Source: Octopus sinensis
Taxonomy: Eukaryota
DNA length: 64,000 nucleotides
Direction of reading: 5' to 3'
NCBI RefSeq assembly: GCF_006345805.1
Contig: NW_021833027.1
Span: forward strand, 1 to 64,000
Under the pieces are notes generated by a model, which was given only the letters and a program-made list of their open reading frames with translations, searched no databases and was not told where the DNA came from. Of the stretch, positions 1 through 13,756 are shown in pieces; positions within the stretch are counted from its first letter, which is position 1, and the number at the start of each line of letters is the position of its first letter. The position numbers were made by a program, and so were the translations under genes.

Positions 1-75
1 TACCTAGCTCAGATACCAGGAAACCTGATACCAGAAGGTACAAGGCCTAAAATTTGGGGACAGCTCGCCACCTTC

Positions 76-117
<42 letters not shown>

Positions 118-204
118 GGGGCTGATTGCTACCTAGCTCAGATACCAGGAAACCTGATACCAGAAGGTACAAGGCCTAAAATTTGGGGACAGCTCGCCAC
201 CTTC

Positions 205-242
<38 letters not shown>

Positions 243-390
243 CATAATAATAATAATAATAATAAAAAGGGGCTGATTGCTACCTAGCTCAGATACCAGG
301 AAACCTGATACCAGAAGGTACAAGGCCTAAAATTTGGGGACAGCTCGTCACCTTCATAATAATAATATAATAATAATAATAATAATAATA
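1..390. repeat. Tandem repeat, 3 copies of a ~95-bp core plus variable (AAT)n, SINE-derived
   Basis: The core ctacctagctcagataccaggaaacctgataccagaaggtacaaggcctaaaatttggggacagctcgccaccttcat recurs three times, separated by (aat)n tracts. Confidence 0.9.
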
Positions 391-423
<33 letters not shown>

Positions 424-984
424 ATCTTTTCTTTGTTAGTGCCAAAAGCGCAATAGATGATGGTGCACTGCAGGGGGATTACTAAATGTGTGGGGAGGTT
501 TATATAGAAATTGAATTTCAAATAGACACACAAGGCCATGCATTTTGGGTAGTGTATAGCTTATTATATTATCTCTCCTCCTACACATGAGTGGTACTTT
601 ATTTTATCAATCCAGACAAATGAAAGGCAATGTGAACCACCTTGGCAGGATTAGAACTCAGAACATAGAGCGACATCAAATATTTCAACGACAAAATATT
701 TTATTTTTCACAAATCCGATTCCACCAAGGATTTTTAACAAAGATTTTGTGTTTTTAACAAGGGCCAGGGATTTTAGTGAGAGGAAAAATAATGGATTAA
801 ATCAAACCTAAGACTTTTCTTCTTTTTTTAAACTCCCAAAATTATGAAAATCTACATCAGTTTGAAAATAATTAAATAATGTATATTTTGTCTGATGCTC
901 AGCCAATTTGGCAAACCAATGCCATTAGCAATAATAATGATAGAAATTAATTCTTTTATGGGCCACAAGGGCTTACATAATAAT

Positions 985-1193
985 ATATTTCTTTACTACC
1001 CACAAGGGGCTAAACTCAGAGGGGACAAACAAGGACAAATGGATTAAGTCGATTACATCGACCCCAGTGTATAACTGGTACTTAATTTATCGACCCCGAA
1101 AGGATGAAAGGCAAAGTTGACCTCGGCAGAATTTGAACTCAGAACATAACAGCAGATGAAATACAGCTAACGTTTCTGCTAGCTCGCCGCCTT
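985..1193 (-). mobile_element. tRNA-derived SINE, family B (Meta/MESC-like central domain)
   Basis: The reverse complement carries ggcggcgagctagcagaaacgttag, a B-box-like gagttcaaattc and gcctttcatcctttcggggtcgataaattaagtaccag. There are many copies in the window. Confidence 0.8.
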
Positions 1194-1649
1194 ACATAAT
1201 AATAATAATAGTAATAATAATAATAATAATAATGATGAGGATAATTTGTTATTTTGACACAAGGCCTCAGATATGTGATGTAGGAGAAGCAAAGTATTGT
1301 TCCCTTCAAAACATGACTAGAGATATTAAAGGCATGGTTGTCCTTGGTAGGATTTTAATTTAAAATGTATGGGAACAGAAACTGGATGCTGTAAGACACT
1401 TAGTCAATCGGCAACATTATCAAAATGTCAGCTCAGATAGACAGACAGTTTTCAGCAAACTCAGCACTAGCTAAAACCCCCATACATATTTTTTATGATG
1501 TTATTATAAAGCATCACTTCAAAACAGAAGATGAAAAAACAAAACAAACAACGGACCCAAACAAAACCTGGGAAGGATAAACATCAGATTGTAAACCATA
1601 TTAACTAATGAAGAACTGTAGGAATAGGAATTTTACAGAAATATATAAA

Positions 1650-1864
1650 TATGAATTATATACATGCTAACACACATATGAACATATGAATTATATACAT
1701 GTGTACATATAATATATATACATATATGTTTATATGCATGCATATGAACAATACATACATACATATATATGAACAATGCAACATACTATATAGATATATA
1801 TGAACAATACATACATATATACATATATGAACAATGCATACATACATACATATATGAACAATGC

Positions 1865-1901
<37 letters not shown>

Positions 1902-2056
1902 GAATATATATATATATATATATTATATATACACACACACACACACACACACCACACACATACGCATATATATAATCAAAAGAGATAATGCATATAAATA
2001 ATGCTTTATATATATATATATGCGAATATATATATAAATATATGTATATATGCATA

Positions 2057-2115
<59 letters not shown>

Positions 2116-2140
2116 GTATATACATATATATATATGTATA

Positions 2141-2192
<52 letters not shown>

Positions 2193-2202
2193 CATATGCA
2201 TG

Positions 2203-2240
<38 letters not shown>

Positions 2241-3088
2241 CAAATAGATAGATAGATAGATTGATATGGATATTATAGATATAAATGTTTCCTTTAAGTC
2301 AAATAAGCTAAGGAAACCTGGCAGTGGTAAGCAATGGTGAGGTTGGTGATGATGAGTGGTAATTCAAGAGGGGTGGGCAAGATGAGAAAGGGTTGTGGGG
2401 GGGACAAGATAGATTAGTTGGTACAGCAGTGAGGTCAATGATGGGGATTACAGTGCTAGTAGTGCTGTTAGCAGTGGTGATGGTGGTGGTGGTGGAGGTG
2501 GAGGTTATGGGTGAGATGGGAATTGTGGTGGTGGTGGTGATGGTGGTGATGGTAGTGGTGATAGGTGGTGAGATATTTGGCAGTGGTTTGGCAATTTCGG
2601 TGGCAGTAACAAGAGCAGTGACGGCTGGTGGCGGTGGTGGTGGTGATGGTGGTGGTGGGTGGTGGTTGTCAGGCAATGGAGAGATAGTGGTGGTGGTGGT
2701 ATTGGTAGTGGTGATAATGGTAGATGATTGTACTGGTAGTGATGGTGGTGGCGGCGGTGGTAAAGGTGGTGGTCAAGATGGTAACAGTGAAGATGGGTGG
2801 TGGTGGTGGTGGTGGTATTTCAGGTGATAGTTGTGCTGTAAGAGGCAGTGGTATTGGTGGGATTGAGGAGAGAGTGGTGCAAATGGCAGTGGTGAAGGTG
2901 CTGGTAATGGTAGTGGTGGTGGTGGTGGTGGCGATGGTAGAGATGGCATTGGAGTACAGATACTTTGAAGTTATCAAAATTTGTTGTTGTTGTTGTTATT
3001 GTTTGTCTGAATTATGGTAGTGTATCTGCGCACGTGCCCACACACACACGCATATGTATGCAAGTATGTATGTATGTTTGTATGTACA

Positions 3089-3127
<39 letters not shown>

Positions 3128-3505
3128 TTATACACACACACACATATATACACATACACACACATGCATGCACACACACACACGCACACACACGCACACA
3201 CACACATGTATATGTGTTTTGTTGCTTGTCAAATTTCTCACACATACATTCGTATGTGTGTATGTATGTGTGTGCATGTATGTGCGTGAATTGCAGAGTG
3301 AAATCTAATTCTTATAATTTATTGTATTAGGTCCATTTTTTTTTTTTCTTAACAATGCTGGGCCAATAGAAATGTGAAGTGAGGACTTGAACCCAGACTG
3401 TTGAGGTATGAAACTAAAACAAAATACTGCAAACTATTTTTTATCTGCCACCAATTTACATATTCTGTCAGTTCAAACACCCTTATTATTACAGTTATTA
3501 TTACA

Positions 3506-3558
<53 letters not shown>

Positions 3559-3720
3559 CATTATTATTATTATAGTTATTATCATCATCATTATTATTAT
3601 TACTTTTTAACAAAGTAATCTTTAAACAGCAAGTATTAGTTTGAACAGAATTAAACTAAGAAAACTTGCAAATAAACTCAATATTAACTGTTATTAAAAC
3701 AAAGAAACATATATATGAAT

Positions 3721-3762
<42 letters not shown>

Positions 3763-3833
3763 CACACACACACACACACCACACACACACCACACTATAT
3801 ATATATATATATATATGATATATATATAATATA

Positions 3834-3890
<57 letters not shown>

Positions 3891-3998
3891 CATATATATT
3901 TGATACATTCATCATTTTAAAGCAAAGAGATAAGAAAAAGATGTATAAATTCTAACAACAGATACCAAGATGTCGAAATATTTCAAGCAAAAATAAAG

Positions 3999-4029
<31 letters not shown>

Positions 4030-4200
4030 TATTGAAAATCATCATTAAGAACAACAACAACAACAACAAGAATAACAGTAATAAAAGAATGTGTTTAAGA
4101 ATAAACCAAAAAGTTTCAGATATTCTGCACACACACATATATATATATATATATATACATATATAATTATATATATATATGTATGTATATATATGCAAGT
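1650..4200. repeat. Microsatellite block: (TA)n, (CA)n, (GGT)n/(GAT)n, (ATT)n
   Basis: Visible directly; all ORFs here are low-complexity translations. Confidence 0.95.
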
Positions 4201-5217
4201 ATACTTATAAGTATATGCACATATATATATTTTACTGAATATATGTTTATTTATTGATAAGCTGATAAGCACAAATGTAACACTTAATAACACTTAAACA
4301 AGTAATTAAAAAAAAAAAAGATCTGTCTTCAATATTTCCCAGCATTCCTATTTTGATCACATGATAGTGTGATGTCTTAACCTGGAAAAGTTAAAACGTT
4401 TTTACTGGCCTTTTAAATGTCTGAGACAGAAATCTCAAAACAATATTTTGTTTAACTGTACTTTAGAAATTAAATCAAATAAATTAAAATAAATAAATAA
4501 ATAAAAACCATGTGCGATGGGTTGTTCTTCCTTTTTTACTTCTCTGCCTCATACTAAGTGGAAAGTACAGATTTTATATATTTCCATTATATATATAGAA
4601 AAAATTCGTTATAACATATCCGTTAACATATTTGTCTATATAATAACAGATTTGTATGCTATACAAAGAATTATTTGGACTAGTGTCTCATAACGGTTGT
4701 TAAAGTCACAATGTTTCATCTTTTATATCCTAGGAGCCTTTTTTCAGGTGTCTGCTATATTTGGTATCGTTGTTGGAATTTCAAACCACAGGAGTAGATA
4801 ATTCTCTTTTCACTGTCCATGCCCTAGTAATGACATTTACTTGTTCTGCTAGAACTAGATCATATACAGATTCACTGGAACACTTAATCTTGGCTTATCT
4901 TCACTGTGATATAGTCTTGTAGGACAATTAGATCATAGTAATCAAAAATTTTAAAACTACCTTACTTTTATGGTTTTAGGTTCAAAAGTTTTTCTTCATA
5001 TTAAAGGCTTTTATGTTTTGTTCATATCTATGGATTATATAGATTTCTACATAGATCTCATTATATACATAACTATATGGATGTGTGTAAGTATGTCATA
5101 GTAATACATAAACAAAAAACAGAAACTAAACCAGTTCAAAACAAAGCAAAAATCCCAATTACCCTCCTTTGTTGAGTTTCTCAGTACCAGCTGGAAACTT
5201 ATTTCTGTTACAATCAT

Positions 5218-5412
5218 TACAGTAGATAATCTGTTATTTAAGATGCTTGGGACCAGAAATGCTTCAGATTACAGATGTTTCTGAATAGTTAAGTGATTTG
5301 CATAATTACACTATAAGACAACATGGGGATGACACTCAAGTATAAACATGTTATGCATTTACAATCAATAATACAGTTAATGTGTGTGCTATGAAGGCAG
5401 TTTTACAAAAAT
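5218..5412 (+). mobile_element. Degenerate Tigger/pogo-like DNA transposon end (Tigger4/Zombi-like)
   Basis: Begins TA|CAGTAG. Contains atgcttgggaccagaaatgcttcagatt, atttgcata, ggggatgacactcaagtataaaca and tgaaggcagtttta, in the order I recall for the Tigger4 consensus end (recalled, not aligned). Confidence 0.45.
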
Positions 5413-6029
5413 TAACACTAGTCCAGTTCTGTATACAGAACAGTTTCACTTAGGAAATGCTTTGCTTATAATATTTTCACCTGTAACACTTTTACCTGTG
5501 AATGGTCTACGAGAACATTATATGTCCTGATGTCTTGCTCTAAGTAAGGAATCCTCCAAGCCAGCTAAACACTGTGCACAAGTGTAAACTAACATAATCT
5601 GGGCCATATCTACCAGTTTCAGGCACACCCTCATGCTTAGTAAAATTCCCAATGAGCACTGGGATGGCAGGCTGCAATAACAGTGGGCTGATGGTACAAA
5701 ACAGTAAAAGGACAACCGACCCATACATCACCTGTTGAGAACTACCCAACATCAATCACAGTGGTGAGCACATGCCGACGAAGTCCCTAAGGGGTTGTCC
5801 TTCAAACTAATGGTACAAGAACAATGATATATATACAATCACACAGACTTGATAAATATGAAAGATGTGTACATATATATTAATGTAAATGAAATAACAT
5901 AAACAAAAATGGAGTTTTCGAAACAATTGTAGAGCAACATACACCTACACGCTCAATGAATTAACACTGTTACTTATATATATTTATGACACAGTTACAG
6001 GAAAAACAACTGACCAATTATCAGATATG

Positions 6030-6150
6030 ATAAGACCAGTGATTATCCATGAAGGCAGCCTGGGCTGATTCAAATCTACAGGATATATGAATGCTTCCCT
6101 GTAGCCTCATCTTAGCAAAGGCTGCCTTCATAGAAAATTGCTGGTCTTAT
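6030..6150. other. Long imperfect inverted repeat / RNA hairpin
   Basis: 6030-6068 (ataagaccagtgattatccatgaaggcagcctgggctga) pairs with 6112-6150. An inner stem forms between ctacagg 6076-6082 and cctgtag 6098-6104. Confidence 0.85.
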
Positions 6151-6682
6151 ATCTTTATATGATTGAGTTATTGTTTTTGTTTTGTTTTTTTTGACACAGT
6201 GGTGAAACCATTTATAACAATGTAGTAAAATTATGCATGTCTATATCAGTAGACAAATAGACACACACACACACATGCACACATGCACACATACATACAC
6301 ACATACATGCACACACACATACATACATACATACATACATACACACATACATACATACATACATACATACATACATACATACATACATACATACATACAC
6401 ACATACATACATACATACATACATACATACACATGTATGTATAGATATACACACACAGGTAAACAATCACAGAAATCTACCTAAATATATACTGAAAATA
6501 CAAAAACAAAAACAAAAACAAACATAGAATGTTTGTGTACAAAGTCATCATCATCATCATCATCATCATCATCAACGAGAACAAAATCAACATCAAAATT
6601 ATAGACATCTCGTTACCATCATCAATTTCAACAGTTCTACAAATTATTATTATTATTGTTACCCACCTCCTCCTCCTCCACC

Positions 6683-6716
<34 letters not shown>

Positions 6717-7176
6717 CATCTTGATCCTCCTCCTCTTTCTCTTCATCATCATCATCATCATCATAATTAGAGCCATAATCATCACTACAAGTGTTTCAGA
6801 AATGATATCTTCCTCTGTCTTCTCTTCGTCAGAGTCATGATGCTGTCACCCCCCCCCCCACCCCGAAGATCATCCTCACCAACGTCATCAGCATTTGCTG
6901 TCGTGTCGTCATCATTATCATCATTTAGAATGATATCAACTTTTGTCGTTGCTAATCAACAACATCAACACTCAACACCACTGTTGCTAATCAACCAATC
7001 AAATTCCAGATAATTCCACCAGATCAACCTCAGAACAAAGATTTTTCAAATACAGGAAAAAGACCAAAGATATACTTGTGTGTGTATGTGTGTGTATATA
7101 TATATTATATATATATATATATACACATATATATATACTATATATATATACATATATATATATACAACACACATAT

Positions 7177-7221
<45 letters not shown>

Positions 7222-8289
7222 TATACACACCTATATATATACATATATATATGTATATATATATATGTATATATATGAATATATGTAATAATATTTATAT
7301 ATATATATATATATAATATATATATATAATATATATATATTATATATATATATATTCTGACAAAAACTGTTAGTAACCACAATGAAATCTATCCTTGTAT
7401 TACCCTATATACATGTATGTGTATGCATGCATGTATATAAGCATGTATGTAGGCAAGTATTCCTGTATGTATGCATGTGTATATATATTTATGTATGTAT
7501 GCCTATATATGTATGTATATGTATGTATGTATGTATTTTTGTATATTAGTATGGGTATGGATATTCGTAGTTATGTATGAGTATGTGAAAGAAGGTGCTA
7601 GAAACAACCATTTAGGTTGTTTTTTAGGTTTTTTTTTTTTTTTCAAAGAAAAAAATTCTTTGGGTAAAAATTTAGAGGCGAGGGATGAGGTGGGACTTCT
7701 TTGATTTTTGCTTTTCACTTCATCCATTCTTGAAAGAAAGAAAGAAAAAAAAAACATACACTTCTTATAATATAATATAGAATTTTCTTTTTCTTCTATT
7801 TACCATTCTTTGTTTTAGATTATATAAAAAAGAAAAACAAACAATTTGGAAATAAACTCTTGGAAAAAGACAAATATATGACTATATATATGTATATATA
7901 TATATGTGTGTGTGTATAAATATGTGTGTGCAAGTGTATGCACATGTATGTTTGCATGCATGTATGTATATATGTATATTTTGCTAAGATATTATAAGAC
8001 AAATGGACTTGGTCTATCAGCCTATAGCCTTTCGTTTTCTTTCTTTTTCTTTTTTTTCTTTTTGCTTATATGTTCTTGTTTTACTTTGTGTAGGAATGAA
8101 GAAAGACAAGGACAATTTTTTTAAAAGATATATACATATACATACACACACACACTCACACACATATACATACATATATATATACATATATACATATATA
8201 TATACATATATATATATACATATATATACATAAATACATATATATACATACATACATATATATATATATCTATACATATATATATCATA

Positions 8290-8350
<61 letters not shown>

Positions 8351-9301
8351 TCTTTTCAAAAAATTTTAAATATAACACTCTTATCACCTTATATCTTTTT
8401 GTTTGTTATATTTAAAAGTAACAAAAAAACAACCAAAAAAAAACAAAACAAAATGGTTCCAATCTTACATGTAGGATAGTTTTTGGTGGAGGGAAAGTGG
8501 TGATGGCGGTCTTTGGTGGTGGATTCGTTTGTCCCCAAAACATTAAAAAAAAAAGTTGCAGTAAGGGTTGTATTTTTAAAATAATCGTTAATAAACACCC
8601 ACATTTAATCAATGCCTGCTCTGTTCGTTTTTTAATTAGTTACAGACCAGACTACAGCACCTTCCTCTTCTTACTCACAGACATATACCAACAGGAATTT
8701 TTTTTTTTAAATAATAAAAATAATTATTATTATTTCTAACAAAACAATTATAATTGACCACAAAAGGGGTCACAGTCATTTAGGTACCACCCCTGCAGTT
8801 ATTTCTTGGATTCATTATACTGGCTTTAATTAATGGACTGACTGTGGCCGAGATGGAGCACCCCTTCACAACCTTTCAGACAGGTAAATATTTTATTTCA
8901 TCAACCTCAGAAGGTTGATTGGCTAAAAAACACCTGGGATATATGGCTGCTGCTGGTACGTTATCTCGTTAAACCAGAATGTGGACGTAAAACCAAAAGA
9001 CCGAATTGAAAATATATTGGAAACCAACAGTTGCTGCCGCAACTTTTGGTTCCAATATGGTAAAGGGGAATTGGGTGGGGTGAGAGAGAAAGAGAGGGAG
9101 CAGCAGGATTAAGGAAGTGGGGGGAGGGCGGTGTCATGGAGGCGGGGTGGTCTTTTGTTTGTTTTTTGTTTCAAGGGTCCTCCGTGGGCTCTACCATCTT
9201 TTCCAGGGGAAACATATAGGTCCTCACACACCACTGCCACCACCACCACCACCACCACCACCACCACCACCACCACCACCACCACCACTACTACTTCACA
9301 A

Positions 9302-9335
<34 letters not shown>

Positions 9336-9728
9336 GTAATAAAAAAAATCGTAATGTATATAGGTAATCTGAGATCAAGGAAAACCGTAGAGCTTGCACA
9401 CATGTGCATTGCATGTGTGTGTGTCTGTGCACATGTGTGCACATGAGTGTGTGTTTGTGTGTGTGTGTGTGAACGAGTCTGTGTAAGTGTGTGCATGTTT
9501 TTTGCTTTGTTTTGTTTTTGTGTTTGTGGGTCTTTGTATTTTCATATTCTTTTTTTTTTTGGTTTTTGTTGTTGTTGCAGATGCACCCTCCTTCTCTTTA
9601 GTTCCAGTGGGAGTAGGGATTTAAGAGGTGGTGGTGGTGGTGATGGTGGTGGTAGTGAGAGGTATATTTAGCATGTGATGTGATTAAGGAATGGTTCGAG
9701 ACCATCACCTCTTCTACTGCAATTATTA

Positions 9729-9791
<63 letters not shown>

Positions 9792-9928
9792 CAATACTTA
9801 AGTTTTAAGTTATCTTTTTTTGTTCTTTTCTTCAATTAAATTCTGCTTTTCAAGTTAGAGAATGGCTTATGTAAAAAAAAAAAAAGAAATGAAAATAAAA
9901 ATAAAATAAATAAATTAATAAATAAAAG

Positions 9929-10680
9929 AGTTGCTTGGTTGTTGCTTGGTAGTTGCTTGCTAATAAATTAAGTTGTTGCTTCTTAGTAGTTGCTTAAATG
10001 TTGCTTAATTGTTGCACAAATTTCGCTTAGTAGTTGCTTAAATGTTGCTTGGTGGTTGCTAGACTGTTGCAGTTGGTAGAAGCTAAGTTGCTTCATTCTT
10101 GCATGTTGCCTGATAGCTATGAGATGGCTGCTATATTGTTGCTTCATAGTTGCTTGGTAGTTGCTAATTTGTTGCTTGGTAGTCACTAGATTGTTTCTTG
10201 TCTTGTTTTTTAAGTTGCTAGATGATTGCTGTTGAATTGCTAGAGGGTTGTTGCTAGCTTGTTGCTAGATGATTGCTGTTGAATTGCTAGAGGGTTGTTG
10301 CTAGCTTGTTGCTAGATGATTGCTGTTGAATTGCTAGAGGGGTGTTGCTAGCTTGTTGCTTGGTAATCACTTGTAATTAGTTGCTTGTTAATCATTTGTA
10401 ATCAGTTGCTTGGTAAGTTGTTAAGTGGTCGCTGTTCAGTTGTTTGAGTGTTGCTTCATAGTTGCTAGCTTGTTGCTTGGTAATCACTTGTAATTAGTTG
10501 CTTGTTAATCATTTGTAATCAGTTGCTTGGTCAGTTGTTAAGTGGTCGCTGTTCAGTTGTTTGATTGTTGCTTCATAGTTGCTAGGACTTTGCTTGGTGA
10601 TTTGCTACATTGTCACTTATTTGTAGCTAGTTAGTTGCTAGCCTCATGTTGCTTGGTACAGTACAGTTGTCACAGTCAAC
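9929..10680. repeat. GTTGCT-rich degenerate satellite with internal ~47-bp (x3) and ~117-bp (x2) duplications
   Basis: Dozens of gttgct motifs. gttgctagatgattgctgttgaattgctagaggg repeats at ~10214-10350, and a longer unit repeats at ~10345-10580. Confidence 0.85.
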
Positions 10681-11301
10681 AATTTTCTGTTGACATCATT
10701 TTTATCATTATCATTATTATTATTTTTATATCATCGTCAGTTTTTTGTTGTTTGTTTGTAAATATTTTGCAAAAAAAAAAAACGTCATTTTTCATATTTT
10801 TAAAAAATTTATTTTAACATACCTTTTTGTTAGTAGTAAACTTGCCTGCCTGTAATAGTATAATTTCAATGACAAACTCATTTTGAGAGATCAGTCATTT
10901 TTCTGTTTTATTCAACATAAACTTCATTTTATATTATTTTTTTTCATTTCAGTTTAAAATTTTTCCAGTTTGTTTTTTTTCGTTTTTATTTTTTTTCGTT
11001 TTTTCCATGGAAATCTTATTCTTTGATCAAACAAAACAAAGAACCAAAGACAATTCCACCAAACACCACTCAGGAAAAAAGAAAAATGTTTGTGCCAAAT
11101 GATAGCTTCTTTCCTTTCCTCACTTGAAGTGAAGTGTTACTGATTTGCTCACTCAAAAAGTTGCACTCAAAAAGTCAATTGGCTCAGCTGAGTGAGCCGG
11201 TCAGTTACTGAGTGAGCGAGTGAGTCAAGTTATTGAATGTATGAGTGAGTGTGTATATGTACGTGAGTCCATATGTGTGTAGATGTGTGAGTATACTTAT
11301 A

Positions 11302-11333
<32 letters not shown>

Positions 11334-12563
11334 ATGCATGTATGTATGTTTGTTTCAAATTTTTCTTTAACTCATATCACATTCTCTGAGTGAGCCATTA
11401 TCATGCTTTCACTCTCACTCAAACATACACACATACATACACACACATGCTTACACAACATACACTCTGACCCCCACTCATATTTCGTAGCTAGTTTTCC
11501 AGTCAGTCAGTGAGTGGTTGTTGTTGTTGTAGTTGTTGTTGTTGCAAGTGACTCCCCTAATTGAGGGAGTGGAGAAGAGGGGTACACAATAATTAGTTTA
11601 TAGATTAAAAAAAAAAGGAGGGGGGAATGCATTTTCTTTTACCCCTCCTTAATACGACCCACAAGATTTTACTATTGTCTTTTATACACGCACACATATG
11701 CACACATATACACACACACACACACACATATTCAAGGGTGTGTGAAGACGTATACACCCCATCATTTGCATAAACATACATGCATGTGTGTTTATGCAAA
11801 TATACATACATACTCAGGCATATATATACACAGATTAATCTATGCATCATACATATATATACACATGCATACATATGTACATAGATTTAAAAAAAAAAAA
11901 ATATTCAAGTGTTGAAGGGCAAATTCATACACACGCGTAAATACACACCAGCATATATATACGCATATGTAGTTTCAGGCGTAAAAATCCATCTCTCTGA
12001 GTACTTTCTGCCTGTAGCAAGTGCTCCATCTTGGCCACAACCCAGTCACTGCAACCAGTAAGAGAGCAAAAAGAGTTTGTATGTTTGTGTGTCTGCATAT
12101 GTAGATATGTAAGTATGTATGTATATATGTATTCATGTATGTCTGTACATATGTATGTATATATGTATGCATGTATGAGTGTGTGTTTGTGTGTGTGTGT
12201 GTATATACACGGAAATGTGTAAGTATTTATAGATGCTTGTCTGTGATTCTTTACAGCAACTCAAACCAATTAATATTCCAAAGATTGGTAATTCCTTAAA
12301 CCATTTTTTAAACATTTCGTGGCCATCATTACGTAGTCCTTTCCATTCCTTTAACATTCTATCTCTCCTTCCTTTCTTCCTTCCTTTCCATCCTTCTTTC
12401 TTTCTATCTTTCCTTCCTTCCTTCCATACTTCTTTCCTTTCTTCCTGTATTTGTTTTTCTTTCAATAATTTCTGAATCTTCATTTTTTTTCTTTTTCTTT
12501 TCCCTTCTTGCCATCTCAAAAGAGAAGGAAAATCTTGTTTCATCAAAAACGGTCCAGCATTCT

Positions 12564-12707
12564 TTAAGGTGGTGTCGAGGGAGGCGGTTCATCTCTCGGT
12601 TCCTCATCTTCGCTGGAAGTCTGCTGGTGAAACAAGATCCTCAATAAGTCTTGGATTCGGTTAGCACCAGGAAATGAGAAAGCCAGACCACTTTGTTGTC
12701 CATGTTG
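12564..12707 (-). CDS. Terminal coding exon of the same BH3-only gene (QHGQQSGLAFSFPGANRIQDLLRILFHQQTSSEDEEPRDEPPPSTPP*)
   Basis: Pyrimidine tract plus acceptor ataattttttcag| at 12708. Phase 0 matches the donor of the 39395-39609 exon. 47 codons then TAA at 12564-12566. It is a GC-richer, non-repetitive island among simple repeats. Confidence 0.72.
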   Translation of the reverse strand, partial: QHGQQSGLAFSFPGANRIQDLLRILFHQQTSSEDEEPRDEPPPSTPP

Positions 12708-12793
12708 CTGAAAAAATTATGAGATAAAGAGAGAAAAAGACAGGATTAGATTAGAGTATTAGATTATCATATTTTAACTGTAAATACAAAAAT

Positions 12794-12840
<47 letters not shown>

Positions 12841-12869
12841 TATATATATATACATAATCCTCATCATTG

Positions 12870-13052
12870 TCATTTAATACCCATGTTGTAGACTGGATGG
12901 TTTGACAAGAGTTAGCAATTTCCAGGGCTGCATGAAGCTCCAATGATATCTGAGGCATAGCTTCTCTGATAAGAAGCCCTTCCAAACATCAACCAATCTA
13001 CAGTGTGTGCTGAATGCTTTTCTCAGAGCACCAACACCAGTGAGGTAACCAA
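12870..13052 (-). mobile_element. Degenerate family-D (RTE-tail) SINE
   Basis: Follows a catcat tail and resembles the copy at 25548-25736. Confidence 0.5.
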
Positions 13053-13335
13053 GAATATACATACATATATATTTCATAAACGTGGAGTAGACGAAATAGG
13101 AAGAACTGAAAAAGGGGAATATTCCTTGTGTTGTATGTCTTGTACTCTGTTCTTTGTTGTTTGAAAAATAGTTCGTTTCCATGTTTTTGTTTTTATGTTT
13201 ACATTTTTCGTTGTGTTCTACGTTTTTTTGATGTCCTATACCCATATATGCATGTATATATACACATAGATGTAGGTATGTACATATATGTATGTATATA
13301 TGCATATATTTATATATTATTTTTATTATATTATT

Positions 13336-13756
13336 AGGCGCAGGAGTGGCTGTGTGGTAAGTAGCTAGCTAACCAACCACATGGTTCCAGGTTCAGTCCC
13401 ACAGCGTGGCATCTTGGGCAAGTGTCTTCTGCTATCCCCCGGGCTGACCAATGCCTTGTGAGTGGATTGGTAGACGGAAACTGAAAGAAGCCTGTCGTAT
13501 ATATGTATATATATTATATATATGTGGTGTGTATGTGTTTGTGTGTTTTGTCGGGTTGTCCCTTCTAGCATTGCTTGACAACCGATGCTGGTGTGTGCTT
13601 ACGTCCCCGTCACTTAGCGGTTCGGCAAAAAGAGACCGATAGAATAAGTACTGGGCTTACAAAGAATAAGTCCCGGGGTCGATTTGCTCGACTAAAGGCG
13701 GTGCTCCAGCATGGCCACAGTCAAATGACTGAAACAAGTAAAAGAGAGTAAAGAGT
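13336..13756 (+). mobile_element. Full-length tRNA-derived SINE, family A
   Basis: Head aggcgcaggagtggctgtgtggtaag (A-box) and ggttcagtccc (B-box-like), body cttgggcaagtgtctt, internal (TA/TG)n, tail gtgctccagcatggccacagtcaaatgactgaaacaagtaaaagag. Many copies elsewhere in the window. Confidence 0.88.

Larger units (their letters stand above)
4246..12563 (-). other. Putative long 3' UTR of the BH3-only gene (lower boundary uncertain)
   Basis: Follows the stop codon. It has no intact SINE copies, unlike the adjacent intron. Overlapping AATAAA signals lie on the minus strand at 4246-4255; other AATAAA candidates lie near 8.9 kb and 10.8-11.0 kb. Confidence 0.35.

Noticed and set aside
12404-12607. 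ORF MRNREMNRLPRHH... as the terminal exon frame
   Set aside because: Out of phase with the upstream donor and runs into (GGAA)n repeats; the phase-0 frame fits better.
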